Shown here: piece by piece, positions 1 through 16,900 of the stretch
How the letters are laid out: each line of letters opens with the position of its first letter
How positions within the stretch are numbered: position 1 is the first letter of the stretch
Source: Nymphaea colorata
Lineage: Eukaryota
Direction: 5' to 3'
Assembly: GCF_008831285.2 (NCBI RefSeq)
Contig: NC_045138.2
Coordinates: forward strand, 30,194,001 to 30,258,000
Length of the DNA stretch: 64,000 nt
Notes under the pieces: generated by a model
Told to the model about the DNA's origin: nothing
Databases searched by the model: none
What the model saw: only the letters and a program-made list of their open reading frames with translations
Program-made: the position numbers and the translations under genes

Positions 1-519
1 GAAAAGATGTACAGTCCTTTTCTTTGAATATGTATCTATGTGCCATGTAAGGTCTCGCTATCCAAACACTAAAGTTCTTGGTCTATTATGATGGTGTGAT
101 AAAATGAAGGATCTTTCGATTCTTACCACACCTTTTAATTAATTAGTGTGATATAAACATTGATGGAAAGGAAAACTAGGTCAATCATCAGATCGTACTC
201 TCATCCAACCATTTTCGATGTAGATAGCGAGCGGGTGGGCACCGAAAGCACATGATGAAGGCTTATAATGAGGACCATGACAGAGATGGATGGATTAGAT
301 TAAAGATCACTTTCAAAAAGTGATTTGGCTCTATATGCATGATGTGTTCATTCTTCTCTTTTCCACTTTAATTCATGTGATGCAAAGTCACAGTTCATCC
401 TTTACTATGTATTTCTCCAAAAAAATTGTGGTCCTCAAACATACTTTTCTAAAAGGATGTGAATTTCCTTTTTTCCACTACGCAATGGACTATGAATTTT
501 ATACCTAGTCATATAGTGG

Positions 520-522
<3 letters not shown>

Positions 523-557
<35 letters not shown>
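523..557. repeat. (TA)n microsatellite
   Basis: Direct reading. Confidence 0.95.
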
Positions 558-560
<3 letters not shown>

Positions 561-575
561 TATCTCGCTTTTGAG

Positions 576-760
576 AGTCACTCAGCCATCTAATCATTGC
601 CATCTGATTCATTGTGATGGAGATAAAGAAAAAAACAATGAGAAAAAGGTGGTAGACATTTTCGTCATCTAGTATTAGTTCAGATTTTTTTCACCATACT
701 TTTTTTGTTATCTATCTATGTACTTCAGATGAAGGACCATGTTTACATGGTTGGGTGACT
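576..760. repeat. ~185-bp imperfect foldback (MITE-like) next to a (TA)n tract
   Basis: AGTCACTCAGCCATCTAATCAT...CATCTGA pairs with TCAGATG...ATGTTTACATGGTTGGGTGACT; inner A-rich and T-rich arms also pair. Confidence 0.6.
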
Positions 761-1480
761 ATAGATAGATAAAGTCGTCATTCACTCACTCAACTTCACT
801 GTATAATTGATCATTGATATGTTATTCTTCTTCTAAATGCAATGATATATCATTGGTGATGCCAAACCATTTCATAAGCATATTAATACCTTGTCATGTT
901 AGCTGAAATTGGACAGAGAATATCACATCTCTCCATGACAGCTTGATAGACTATATCTTGTGTGGTTATGTTCATCCTTATAGTGAATCTTTTGATATAT
1001 AGGTAATACCTATTTTATAAAATTTAAAGTTTCATATATTTGATGACAATGACACAACAAGTTTCCTATTTCAGCATAATTTTACATGATAATCGAAACT
1101 CGAAACCTGCTATTTCGATCTTTCTCTTGCTTTTCCAGAGTCAAGGTTTGATAAAGTTGATGTAAATGGAAAGCACACAGTCCCCTCTATGAGGATTTGA
1201 GGCCACAAGAATTGATAGTTAAATGGACAAAGGAAGTAACTATATATTCCATGGCTGCTGCCTTCTTATTTGGTGTGAATATGTGGGCAAAATTTCGTTT
1301 TTCTGGCGTAGAAATTTGATAGAGATGCTACAACATCTAAGCGTCGCCATCAACCTGAAAATGGAAAAGATGATGTCCTTTCAACTAATACTGAGGGAAA
1401 ACATGATTGAAAACACAATGACAGACGTGACTATATGCCTATATGTATTATGCAGTTAGCATATTTAAACCATATGTGCA

Positions 1481-1644
1481 TAAGGGCCCTGGTCCTCCTA
1501 AAAATAAATGAAAAAACTTTATGTAAATTTTAAAAAATTTCACTTGTTTTATATAAAAATTAAAAAAAAATGATATTTTGGCTCATATCTAAATTTAAAA
1601 ACTTTAATTCAACCCCCATAAAAAATTTCTAGTTCTGCCCCCTA
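1481..1644. mobile_element. Left-truncated hAT-type MITE (GGGGC family)
   Basis: Ends TTCTAGTTCTGCCCCCTA; AT-rich core resembling the reverse of 2965-3163; flanks TATGTGCA / TATGTGTG. Confidence 0.45.
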
Positions 1645-1717
1645 TATGTGTGTACACATGATTGTGATGGGCATGTTTTTTTTTAATCAGGAAGGAGTCT
1701 GGAATTGAATTTTGGAG

Positions 1718-1911
1718 AATCTATTTGTATATGGAATCCAAATCCTATAAATTTCAGCCCTTCAACACACACACTCTCTCTCTCTCTCCTTATCCGTCAA
1801 GTGTTCATCACCAAATCTATTTGTATATGGAATCCAAATCCTATAAATTTCAGCCCTTCAGACACACACACTCTCTCTCTCTCCTTATCCGTCAAGTGTT
1901 CATCACCAAAT
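1718..1911. repeat. Tandem duplication, 2 x ~96 bp, near-identical
   Basis: AATCTATTTGTATATGGAATCCAAATCCTATAAATTTCAGCCCTTCA-(CA)n(CT)n-CCTTATCCGTCAAGTGTTCATCACCAAAT begins at 1718 and 1814. Confidence 0.95.
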
Positions 1912-2964
1912 ATGAATTTTAAAGCGTATGGATTTTGCAGAATGTGTGTTTTTGCTTCTTTAATGCTAAAAGATCCGACCCTCATAAAAATTGTACATTT
2001 CATGCATAAATTGCATAATCAGAATCATCGGCTGGCACGCCTACCAAAAGCCAGCAAAAAAGTTTAGTCCTTTTTTCTTCTTCCTTGTTAGTAACAGGCA
2101 GAGTTGAGTCGAATAAACATTGTGAATCAATAATTCAGAACTTGCGATCTGGTTCAAACAATAATTTACAGTTACAAGTTAGTTAGATGTTTTAATCATA
2201 TTTAAGAGTATGATGTTATTAATTTTTGTCAAATTAGGTATGTGAATCTAACTTCATCTTGTCTCAAGGAGGTTGGCGCAACATGGAAGGTTTGATAGAC
2301 AGTCAGTTTTCATTTTGAATCGCAATGCCTATACCTTAGGAAGATGAGGAGTTGAGAGCTTCGGCTTTCAAAAGAGTGATAGGTCTCCCTTGCTCACCCA
2401 GTATCTAACCCCATCCTAATTTTCATACCAAAATAAGTTAAACCTTTGAGACCTACCGTAGTAATAGTTCTACACATGGATTAAGGTTACTAAATTAAAC
2501 TTAATTAAACCACTTAACATTGGTTAGCGGCCATTGTTGGTAGAAACATACTACTAAAATGTCTCTGCTTGCTATTGATTTCCTCATGACTTGTTTTACC
2601 GACGCCAATAAAATGAGAATTTATAGCAAAATTTGAGAAATCGGATAGTCGGAGAGGTACATGCAGATTTTATTATTAGTACGTCAATCGGATAGCGTAT
2701 GATCCAACTTGGAGTTGGTTCCGATTTGGACATACAAAATAAATTAGACTCAAATCGGATTGCTCAAACTTAGTTTTTTTTTTATCGGATGCAGATTATA
2801 GCAAATTTGAATTGAATTACCATTCAGGCTTTTTCTTTTTTTTTTCCCTCAAATCAACTACCCGAATTCAAATTCTAATACAATAGCAGATAGGATGGAA
2901 TCATTGACACCCCTATCAAGGCCAACTTAGTTTTCTTTTGGATTTACCAACCAAAGGTGTGAAG

Positions 2965-3163
2965 CAGGGGCAGATCCAAGAATTTTTAGTTGCATGGATC
3001 GAACTATTATTTCAAACTTTTAATGAGGACAGAAATAGAATTTTTAAATATTTTACATATGTTGAACAAATTTTTTTAAAAAAATTTACATGTAAATGTT
3101 TGAAATTTTTAAAAATTTGAGAGGGGCAAGAAAAAGCTGCCCGCCCCCTTGCCTCCATCCCTA
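2965..3163. mobile_element. hAT-type MITE (CAGGGGC family)
   Basis: Starts CAGGGGCAGATCCAAGAATTTTT, AT-rich core, ends GGGGCAA...GCCCCCTTGCCTCCATCCCTA; flanks GTGTGAAG / GTTTCAAA look like a degenerate 8-bp TSD. Confidence 0.65.
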
Positions 3164-3171
3164 GTTTCAAA

Positions 3172-3514
3172 CATAGTCATAAATATTGTTTTACCATTTT
3201 TTTTTGTGACATAATATGGTGAGTTTGAAAAAAACCACAAAAAAAATGATAAAGTTTTTAAACTTAAAAAATCATAAGAATTGTGAAAAAATGAAATATA
3301 TGAGAAACTAATAGAATAACATTAAAAAATAAATAGATAATTAACGAATAAAAATTAGAAAATAAAAAAAAAAACAGTTTGGCATTACAAAAATGTGAAA
3401 AAATGCTTAAAAATGAAAAAAAAAAAAACACGTTTTGGCATTTTTTTGGCTATTCGACTGACTTATTTCAACGTGTTTTCTTCCAAAAAAATATGTATAT
3501 TTTTTGCGACTACA
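3172..3514. mobile_element. hAT-type MITE (CATAGTCAC family)
   Basis: CATAGTCATAAAT...TTTGCGACTACA; TSD GTTTCAAA / GTGTCAAA (7/8); A-rich body similar to copies at 15439, 27456, 32717 and 43158. Confidence 0.75.
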
Positions 3515-4222
3515 GTGTCAAAGTTGCCTGACCATGTTAGAGCTTGAGCTATCTTGAACAACTACAAAAACACAAACATAATTGACGGGGCCTGGTCTTG
3601 AATACTTGATCAAACCGACTACACTTCACCAACACCGATGCAGAAGAAAATGATGTGTGATAAACTTGGCCTAATTAGTGTAACTTCTCGAATTTAATTT
3701 TTCATGGTGCTCGAGCTCCCCTGGTCTGAATCTTACCTCATAATTTTTCCATCCTCCTCTCAAAAACTTCTCCTACTCACGATTTAATATCATCTCTTCC
3801 ATCTCGGCAGCAAGCTTAGATAAAGAAACCGAAAATGGAAGAGAAAGGGAAGACTGGACTTAGAATCGTTTCAGTTTTCTCCAAGGGAACGGATCGGGAC
3901 AAAGGCAGGGAGACGAAAGTTGGAAACAACCGCCAAATATGGCACGTAATGGCCATCCTTGCCATTATCTTACCTCCATTGCCGCCGATATTCCATCTCC
4001 CTCTCTCTCTCTCTCTTTGTGTAGCGTTACTGAATCAACCTAAAGAGAGAAGCAGTTAATGCGCGGCCACCATTAGGGCATAAAGAAGGAAGCCGATGCT
4101 CTGCTTCATTCTTCCTCCTTCATCACACTCTGAATTCGTGCTCGTTGGCGCTCCAAAAAAGGCCACCAAAATCAGGATTAGATTTAGCTTTTAATGTGGC
4201 TTGTCCTTCTTGATCCCCCCGC

Positions 4223-4229
4223 TATAAAG
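4223..4229 (+). promoter_or_regulatory. Probable TATA box of the polygalacturonase gene
   Basis: gcTATAAAGa ~85 nt upstream of ATG 4309, followed by a CT-rich leader. Confidence 0.6.
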
Positions 4230-4308
4230 ACCTGCAGCAAGCAGTTGCAGAGAACATGCCTGCTCTCCCTTCCCTCTGCTGCTTCTTCCTGAGCGCCACC
4301 CAACAGTC

Positions 4309-9108
<4,800 letters not shown>

Positions 9109-9882
9109 CAATGGCGGAAAAGAATTCATGGCGGCCTTCCTCAACCTTCATAGATGTTCAGCCGGTTCCCCGTGTATCTGTTATTAAGATTGCTGTCATA
9201 AGATGCTCAGGAGAAAGGAGATGCAGATTTCGACTTGCTATTTAAAGTATACTATACGTGTTTCTGTATTCTCTTTAAATCATTTGATTAAATGAGCAGA
9301 TGGTCCATGTACTGTAGTGAAAGAAATCTAGTTGACATCGCAGCTCTCCCTCTGTCTTCAAAACTAGGAGACAGCATTGAAATTACATAAATTCGACAGC
9401 TCTAAAAAGCAGAACTTAAATCCACTTGTTGACCAATTTTCCGGAATTTTGATGATTTCAGAATATCTCGATTTTCAATGAATTATCATATAAATCCAAC
9501 ACTTGCTTTTTTAACCCTCATTTCTAAACGCATTTATTAAATGTGTTTATATTTATTTCCTTAGAATTACATTGCTTAGAAATAAAGCAAAGAAGCGTAT
9601 TTCGTATAAATTTGATAGAATAAAAAGCAAACATGTATATTTCAAATTAAAATAAATTTATTATAAATGTCATTAAGTTATAAGAAAAGGGTAAGATGCT
9701 AAATTTAACTTAAGAGACATGAAGAGAATTTTTGAAATTGACAAAAGTAAAAATTGAAATTTTGAAAAATAGAGGGACATCATTGACATTTCATAATTGA
9801 CAACAGTATTTTGGTCCAAGTTAAATATTATGGTCTAAACACTAATGAAGGTAATTTAATGTTAAACTTGATTAAGTACCAA

Positions 9883-9887
<5 letters not shown>

Positions 9888-9952
<65 letters not shown>
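9888..9952. repeat. (TA)n microsatellite
   Basis: Direct reading. Confidence 0.95.
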
Positions 9953-9955
<3 letters not shown>

Positions 9956-10852
9956 GAAACTTTCGTAGTTTTAAACGAACGGTCCAGCCTATGAGCGTGC
10001 AGGTTATATCATCGAACTTGTTTCGTGATGCTGAATCTAAATGTACCAACCAGCTCAGCGTCGCCCACCGGTGCTCGGATAGGCTGGTTGACTGGCTCGA
10101 GCCAGTTGTGACGGGGCTGAGCCAACCAGGGCTGACCAACCATACTAAGCCAGTTGACCATGGTAAGCCGGCCATGGTCATGCCATGACCAAGCCCAGGC
10201 TAGGCCGACGGCAAGCTATGGCAGTTAGGCCCAGGCTCGATGAACCTAGTCTAATCCTCAACTCTTAGTTTAAGAATATAGTTTTGTGATACAGTTTAAG
10301 AGATCACCCATGACTCGAGTTTTGCGAGTTCTAAGCGAACCGGTTGGTCTTGTTCAATTTTGTCTTTCCATGCTATTCGATTTGTTTATTCAATGCTTAA
10401 ATCATATAGATTGCTCGAAATGCGTGCAGCATGCTTAACATCATTGTCATTCATGTATGATGATAAAAAGATCGTGCACTGATTATTAATAATAAGATGA
10501 ATTGAAAGCTCGATGGAGTGGCACAGTTCTAAGGGTGGCGAGCGACAGTTCGTAGTTGTAATTGTATCAAGACGATGGTTGGTTTTTTTGTTGTGTACAG
10601 AATACATTTCTGGGTAACGATCCTACTCAGACATGGGAAGGTTTATGAGACTCTCGGCCCAATGCAAAGCTACGGCTCATGGGGGTCCAGGTTGGATGGG
10701 ACCAGGCACGATATATGCCTTTAAGTTTCTCCATTTCTTTCATAATTTAATAGCTGAGAACAACTTGGGTCGATCAGTCGGGAAACTGACTGCAGCAGTA
10801 TTTAAAAGAAGTGGAAATTAAATAAAAAAAATGACCATGAAAAGAATGTATC

Positions 10853-10888
10853 ACCCGTGATTGTGCCACACGGGTTAATATTCAGTAG
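10853..10888 (+). mobile_element. Helitron-like 3' terminus
   Basis: Hairpin ACCCGTG-(9 nt)-CACGGGT followed ~10 nt later by GTAG|T (canonical end CTRR|T). Confidence 0.35.
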
Positions 10889-10943
10889 TGACTTAATAAA
10901 GTAATGAACACATTGATAGTTCTGCTTACATATTTTATATCTA

Positions 10944-11027
10944 TGGTGTGAATATCTTCCTGTTATAATGTTGTGACATATGATAGTTCTGGTGTGAATA
11001 TCTTCCTGTTATAATGTTGTGACATAT
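10944..11027. repeat. 38-bp perfect direct duplication with 8-bp spacer
   Basis: TGGTGTGAATATCTTCCTGTTATAATGTTGTGACATAT at 10944-10981 and 10990-11027. Confidence 0.9.
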
Positions 11028-12970
11028 TGTTGTCGATGAGTGAACTACATCTTCACAACACACCTCCTAGGTGGGCCTAGTGAGTTTGAGGAATCATACT
11101 CATGCACTGATTTTGATGCACCACAATAGTGACCAAGGAAGATCTTGGTAGAATTTATGCGACTGTTATTTTGACTTTTGTACATATTTGTATGTTTTAC
11201 GGCTCTATAACTAGTTCAGAACGGTTGGCGAGACTTTCATTATGTAAATTATAAAGTTGATCTAGATTGACATGGATTTTTGTACATGTGTTTGGTTGTT
11301 AACCACACTATCAATAAGTATGAACTTCGTCTTTAAACTGATTAGAACCATTAATTGCCTAGGACAGGTCACATCATGTGCTAACATATGCAGGCAAATT
11401 ATCTGTGCACATTTTAGAACAGATCGGACCTACACCAACTAAGTAGTTATGTAACTGTGAATGCTGCGCTTCCAAAAAAAGGGGGGAGCTTGCAGAAGAT
11501 GATCCTGTCCTAATGGCTACATAAAATCTAAACCCAAGACAATGTCATCTCAAACAAATGAAACTAAAGCACTAAACCAATTTGAAACAAACCTAAACTC
11601 TAACTCTATCTCTAACTAAAGAAAATTAAATAATGAAGGCCGATGATAACATGTCCTAATGGTAAGGATGACATGCCACCTACGTGGATGGCAGGTAGGC
11701 TCCAGGTGGATTAGAGATCATGGGCTCATAAACAACTAAATGACATGCAACATTGTAACTAAAATAAAAAAATCAAGATGAATGAATCTAAACTAGTATA
11801 AGTGCAACAAAGAAAAGCACCTCTAACTAAATGCTTACGCTACCTAATATTTACTCCTTCTAATATGATATGCTCATGAATGAAAGAAGTCGGCGATGAA
11901 CTTTCAATTTTTTCGATTTTTCTTCTGTGCATTTCAGATGTGGATAAACTTCCTTATATCTAATTGAATTTTCTTGTCATTTTTTCCAAAACTATTGCAT
12001 GATGCATGCGGCACTTTGTTAGTAACCCCTACATTACTTTCCACCATTTGTTTCGGATCTAAAGATATCGTGAAGAGGAGAGGTGGTTACTTGTGCAAAG
12101 CCCCATGGTGTACGACAAGTATTCTTCCAATCTATTTTTAAGGATAGGTGTCATACATATACGTTTGTGCGATGCAAAGGTGTACAAGCCTGTGTATATA
12201 ACCAGCTTCGGTTCTGTTACCTTCGCATGAAATTTCCTAGGCAAAAAAAGAATTCTCCGTAGAAGAAACACACAATAGAAAGCTTCCGCAAGCCCCTCCC
12301 CCTCTTTATGAAGGGTTAGGATATATAGCTTGACTGACAAAGCAAGGGGAGGATGAACTACGTTACCAAGCTGGGAAAATTGGCTATGGAGATTTCGCGC
12401 GGTCAGAGATTCGTAAAACACAAAGGAGTTCAACAGGAAAGTCTTCAATTCTTGGGTTCTGATAAAGAAAGAATAATTGTCAATGACCTAGCTCGACAAA
12501 GCACTCTCTTCTATAAACACCACAAAGGAAAGATATCTTAAGCGTGAGTAACCCGACCGATTCTGCATTACATGTGCTCTACAGGCCACGATGCCAAGGT
12601 GCACAAGCTTGTACATATAACCAGCTTCGATCAAAGAGTACCACGATGTTGAAGGAATGACATAGAGCGAACGAAGGATAGCTCCAGATCCATCACATTT
12701 TTTGTTCTCAAGCAATGGACAGTTGATTTAGAGTTTAGACCTAAGTTTTCGATCTTGTTTTGTGATGTTATTCAGATCCTAGTTTTCATTCCGATTGTAA
12801 AAGTCCATAGTATTTAGATCTACATTTTAGTAACTGTTGGCACTAGTGCTGTTGTGTTTTATCACTTAATACAAAGGCATAGTGCTTATGAGAATTGGAT
12901 TGAATTAAAGATACGTTTCTGTACATACACCTAATCCGACGAGTTACGCGACCTAACTCTCTCTTCCTCA

Positions 12971-13674
12971 CTATGACACCTGGGTGCGGCAGTTTTGGTC
13001 TCGCACCCGCGTCGACGCAGTGCGGGTGCGGATTCGGGTGCAGGTGCACCTCCGGTGCACACCCAAATGGGTCAAACAAGAGTCGGGTGCGGCTGACCGC
13101 ACCCAGCTAAAATCATCTTTTTCCAACTCGCACCCGTCTCGCATTTGACCCGAGTCGGGTGCGGTCAAAGGCGAGAAAGTCTATTTTGGTCCAATTTTTA
13201 GGCTTTTTTTTTAGTTTTTAACAAAGTCAATGGTTGTCCCTTCTTCATCCCTCTTCTTCGGCCTTTCCTTTTTCGACCCTCCTTCTTTTTCTTCTTCCCT
13301 CTTCTTCGACCTTCATCCCTGTTAGTCCCTTCTTCTTCTTCTTCCCTCTTCTATAAGTCGCATTGGGTGGAGCCGACGAACTCGTCGCTTGCAGCCTACA
13401 GGGCAGGATGACGGTATGGTTCTCAAAACTAAAGTATATTTTTTATTGAATTGATGATTGATACTCATATGTCCGATTAGCAAATTGCAATTTCTATTTT
13501 GTTATTTAATAATTTTATTGGTTTATTGACAAATTTTTGTCATATATATTATATACATATTATTATAATAAATTAATAATAATAATAAAATACTTTTACC
13601 CCACCGTACACTAAAATGTTTTAAGATACGCCGTGCCTGCACCAGCACCTGCACCCCACACTCATTTGAGATAG
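12971..13674. mobile_element. Non-autonomous hAT-type element (CTATG/CTAAG-TCAC family with GGGTGC subterminal repeats) in the RCL1 promoter
   Basis: Starts CTATGACACCTGGGTGCGG, ends ...TGAGATAG; perfect 8-bp TSD CTTCCTCA (12963-12970 / 13675-13682); many GGGTGC/GCACCC repeats near both ends. Confidence 0.8.
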
Positions 13675-13927
13675 CTTCCTCACCTTTGACTGCAACTCTT
13701 TCATCCATTTGTAATCTTATAATATTGGACCCGAGATCTAAATTGGGGATCTTCCATCGGACCCATTTAAACAACCCAATGACATCTTTACTCTGAGTCC
13801 GGAACGGAACCAGAGCCCCTGTTATTCGTATTGTTATTCGTATTGAGGTCTCCGAGGTCGGTGCTGCGTCACTGCCGTCCTCGCCACATCTTGTGGTTGG
13901 TTTACGCGAGAAGAAGAAGAAGAAGGG

Positions 13928-16900
13928 ATGGTGAAAATATCGTTCACACGGCTCCATGGCTGCCAGCAGTTCCGGCTGCGCCTCCTCCTCTCAACGCTCT
14001 CCAATAACCCCATCATTATCGACGACATCCGGTCCGACGACTCCTCCCCTGGCCTCCGCCCGTACGAGATATCCCTGCTCCGCCTCCTGGAGAAGCTATC
14101 CGACGATTGCGTCGTTGAAATCAATGAAACCGGTTCGTCTCCCTCTCTCCTCTTTCTATTTTTCGCCTGAAGGCTTGCTGGGTCTCTTCGTCGGTTTCTG
14201 TCCACCCTGTTCTGTTGTTTCTTTGTTCTGTTGTTCTTTTTGTTGATGATGGTGGCACTGGTCTTTCTCGTCTGCAGGCACGAAACTCAAGTACAAGCCG
14301 GGGGTTCTTTTGGGAGGGAGGAACCTGACGCATGACTGTGGGCCGAGCCGTTCAATCGGCTATTTCCTGGAGCCATTGATCGTGCTGGGACTCTTTGGCA
14401 AGCGAAATCTTTCCATCACTCTTAAAGGTGAAAAATTACTGACAGCAAGCTTCTGTCCTCTTCCTTTTTTGCCGCTTTAGTTTTTGCTTTTCCCTCCGTC
14501 TTGTTTTGCTCTCTACATCTTCACGAACGCCTCGAGTAAGATATTGCGAGACAAAAAACCTTGGAAATTCGCCGTGTCGGATTCTTAACTGGTGGTGTCT
14601 TCAGAAGAATTGATTGAATGAGTGGTTGTTGTAGCTTTCTGGACTTTTTGAACGTTATGGGACGTTCCTTTGAACCTTGAAGCCTCTTTTGTTGAAAAAA
14701 GTTTTGTGTGTAGCGACCTATTCCATTGAACGTCGTTGTGAATTGTTGGCTCAACTGTCTGTTTATTTGCATCTGCTTATGTTCTTGACAGAATAAACAT
14801 GTCGACATATTGAAAAATTGTTCGCTCAGAAAAACATCTTGTTACTGAACTACAATTTTGCTCCTGTTGTTTTTGGTCATCTTCTTCCCGCTTGTGTGAT
14901 TTCATTGTTTTGCCTTGTTGGTCTGTTTTGATTTAACCAATTGAGACTATCAGACGCTCTTTTCCTCCTGCATTAGCATCATCTCCAACAATTGGATATA
15001 TTTTAGTCCTTTAGAAGTATGTTTTCTGCTAGCTCCTCATTAATTGACGTTCCATCCTCAAATTCTCTTTTCAGATTCATCTTAGTCAATCATGTTGTTC
15101 AAAGTGCTTTGCTTTAAATGTATGTAATGTAATCTGCCAATCTTTTGAAAGGTTCTTCCTGTCTTCCAGTCAATCGATTGTCTCTTAATCGCTACTGAAT
15201 GCTTCTTGCACTGTAATCAAGCCGCAAAGTAATACCTTAGTGCGTTGAAAAATCATCGCCACCATATAAAGTTGAATGATAACTACTGTTCCCTTCACGT
15301 CTCCCTGTCTATTATGTGGTTTATTAGTTATGACTAAGTATCTGTACCGATATCTCCAAGACTTGATACAGTACTGCAGTTTGTCAAACGGTCATTGGTG
15401 CAAGAGAGTATTGCTTCTGGTGTCTATACGTTATAATCCATTGTCACAAATATGGTTTTTGGGCTTTAAATGGCAAGGTTTTGCTCATATATAATATGGA
15501 AAAATATGTTTTCTCCGAAAAATCTCAGCAAAAATGTGAAAGTAAGAATGATATAAAAAATGCGAAAAAATGGTTTTTTCTTGCTTTTTAATTTTGGCCT
15601 CTTTTTTAAGACGGGTGTCTTTTTTAAAAGAGGTGTATTTTTGCTGGTCTTCCAGCTAACCTGTTTTTGACATATATGGTGGTTTTTTTCGAAAAAACAT
15701 GTTTTCTGTGACTATGTTATAATCAACCCTTGCGGTAATGACAGATTTGGTTTCTGATCGTTAAACAGTTATGTGTGTAGGAGAGAGCGTTGGAGAGAGA
15801 GACTAATTTTCCTTGGTAATTGAAGACAGATCTGTCCTCAATGTAGATTCATATGTTTACCCAGATTCTCTAGCTTGGTGTAAGAAATATTTGGAGTGCA
15901 CGTGTGAAACATTGTTGATCTTTATGGTTACTTTGATTATTTGGGGTGTGGCTGACTTTTCTCTCATGCTCTGTTCTTGTTCTTATTTTTCAAGACTCTC
16001 ATAATTTTCCTGCTTCATATGGAATTTTTCAATACTCTCATATTTTATTTGTACCTTTTTACCAAAGGAACAATATATTTTGGATGTTTTGAGGTCCCTT
16101 TAGCAGTTTATAGCTATATTTATTTTTTAAGTTTTTATCCGTGTTTCTGTAATCTCATAATTTTTCTAATTATTTCTGTATATTATCGAATTTTTTAGTT
16201 CCTGAGATCTTCTGAAGAAAACAATCTCAGATTAGTACTTGGTAGAAACCCCACTAATGTGAACTTAATGAGGTTGAATGGGACCTACCTCCTTATGTCC
16301 AAATCATTGTAAACATAGGTAGCCGGCTATATAACTGATCAGTATGTTCTGGGCTTCGTAAACTGATTTTGTGCTAAGGAGAACTCGATATAATTCTCTC
16401 TGCAGGAATTACAAATGATAATGTTGATCCCTGTGTTGACACTTTTAGAATGACCACCTTGCATATGCTCAAGCATTTTGGAGTGCCATTAGAAGGATTG
16501 GAATTGAAAATTATAAGCCGAGGATCTCCTCCCCTTGGTGGTGGAGAAGTGCATCTACAAGTTCCAATTGTTCATAGCAGTTTATCTGTAAGTATGGTTT
16601 TTGTTATGTTTGACATACTGATAGGCGCTTTATCATCCTAGTTAGTTCATGACTTCATTCTAAAAATCAATACAGGCAGTAAATTGGGTTGATGAAGGAA
16701 TGGTGAAGCGCATTCGAGGAGTAACCTATTCCACAAAAGTATCTCCTCAGATGGAAAATCGTATGGTTAATTCTGCCAGGGGTATTTTCAACCCTATCCT
16801 TCCTGATGTGTATATTTTCACGGATCATAAATCAGGCCCACAAGCTGGAAGGTATGTGGTCTACCATCTAAAATATATGCTATGAGAATGTGAAGCTTGC

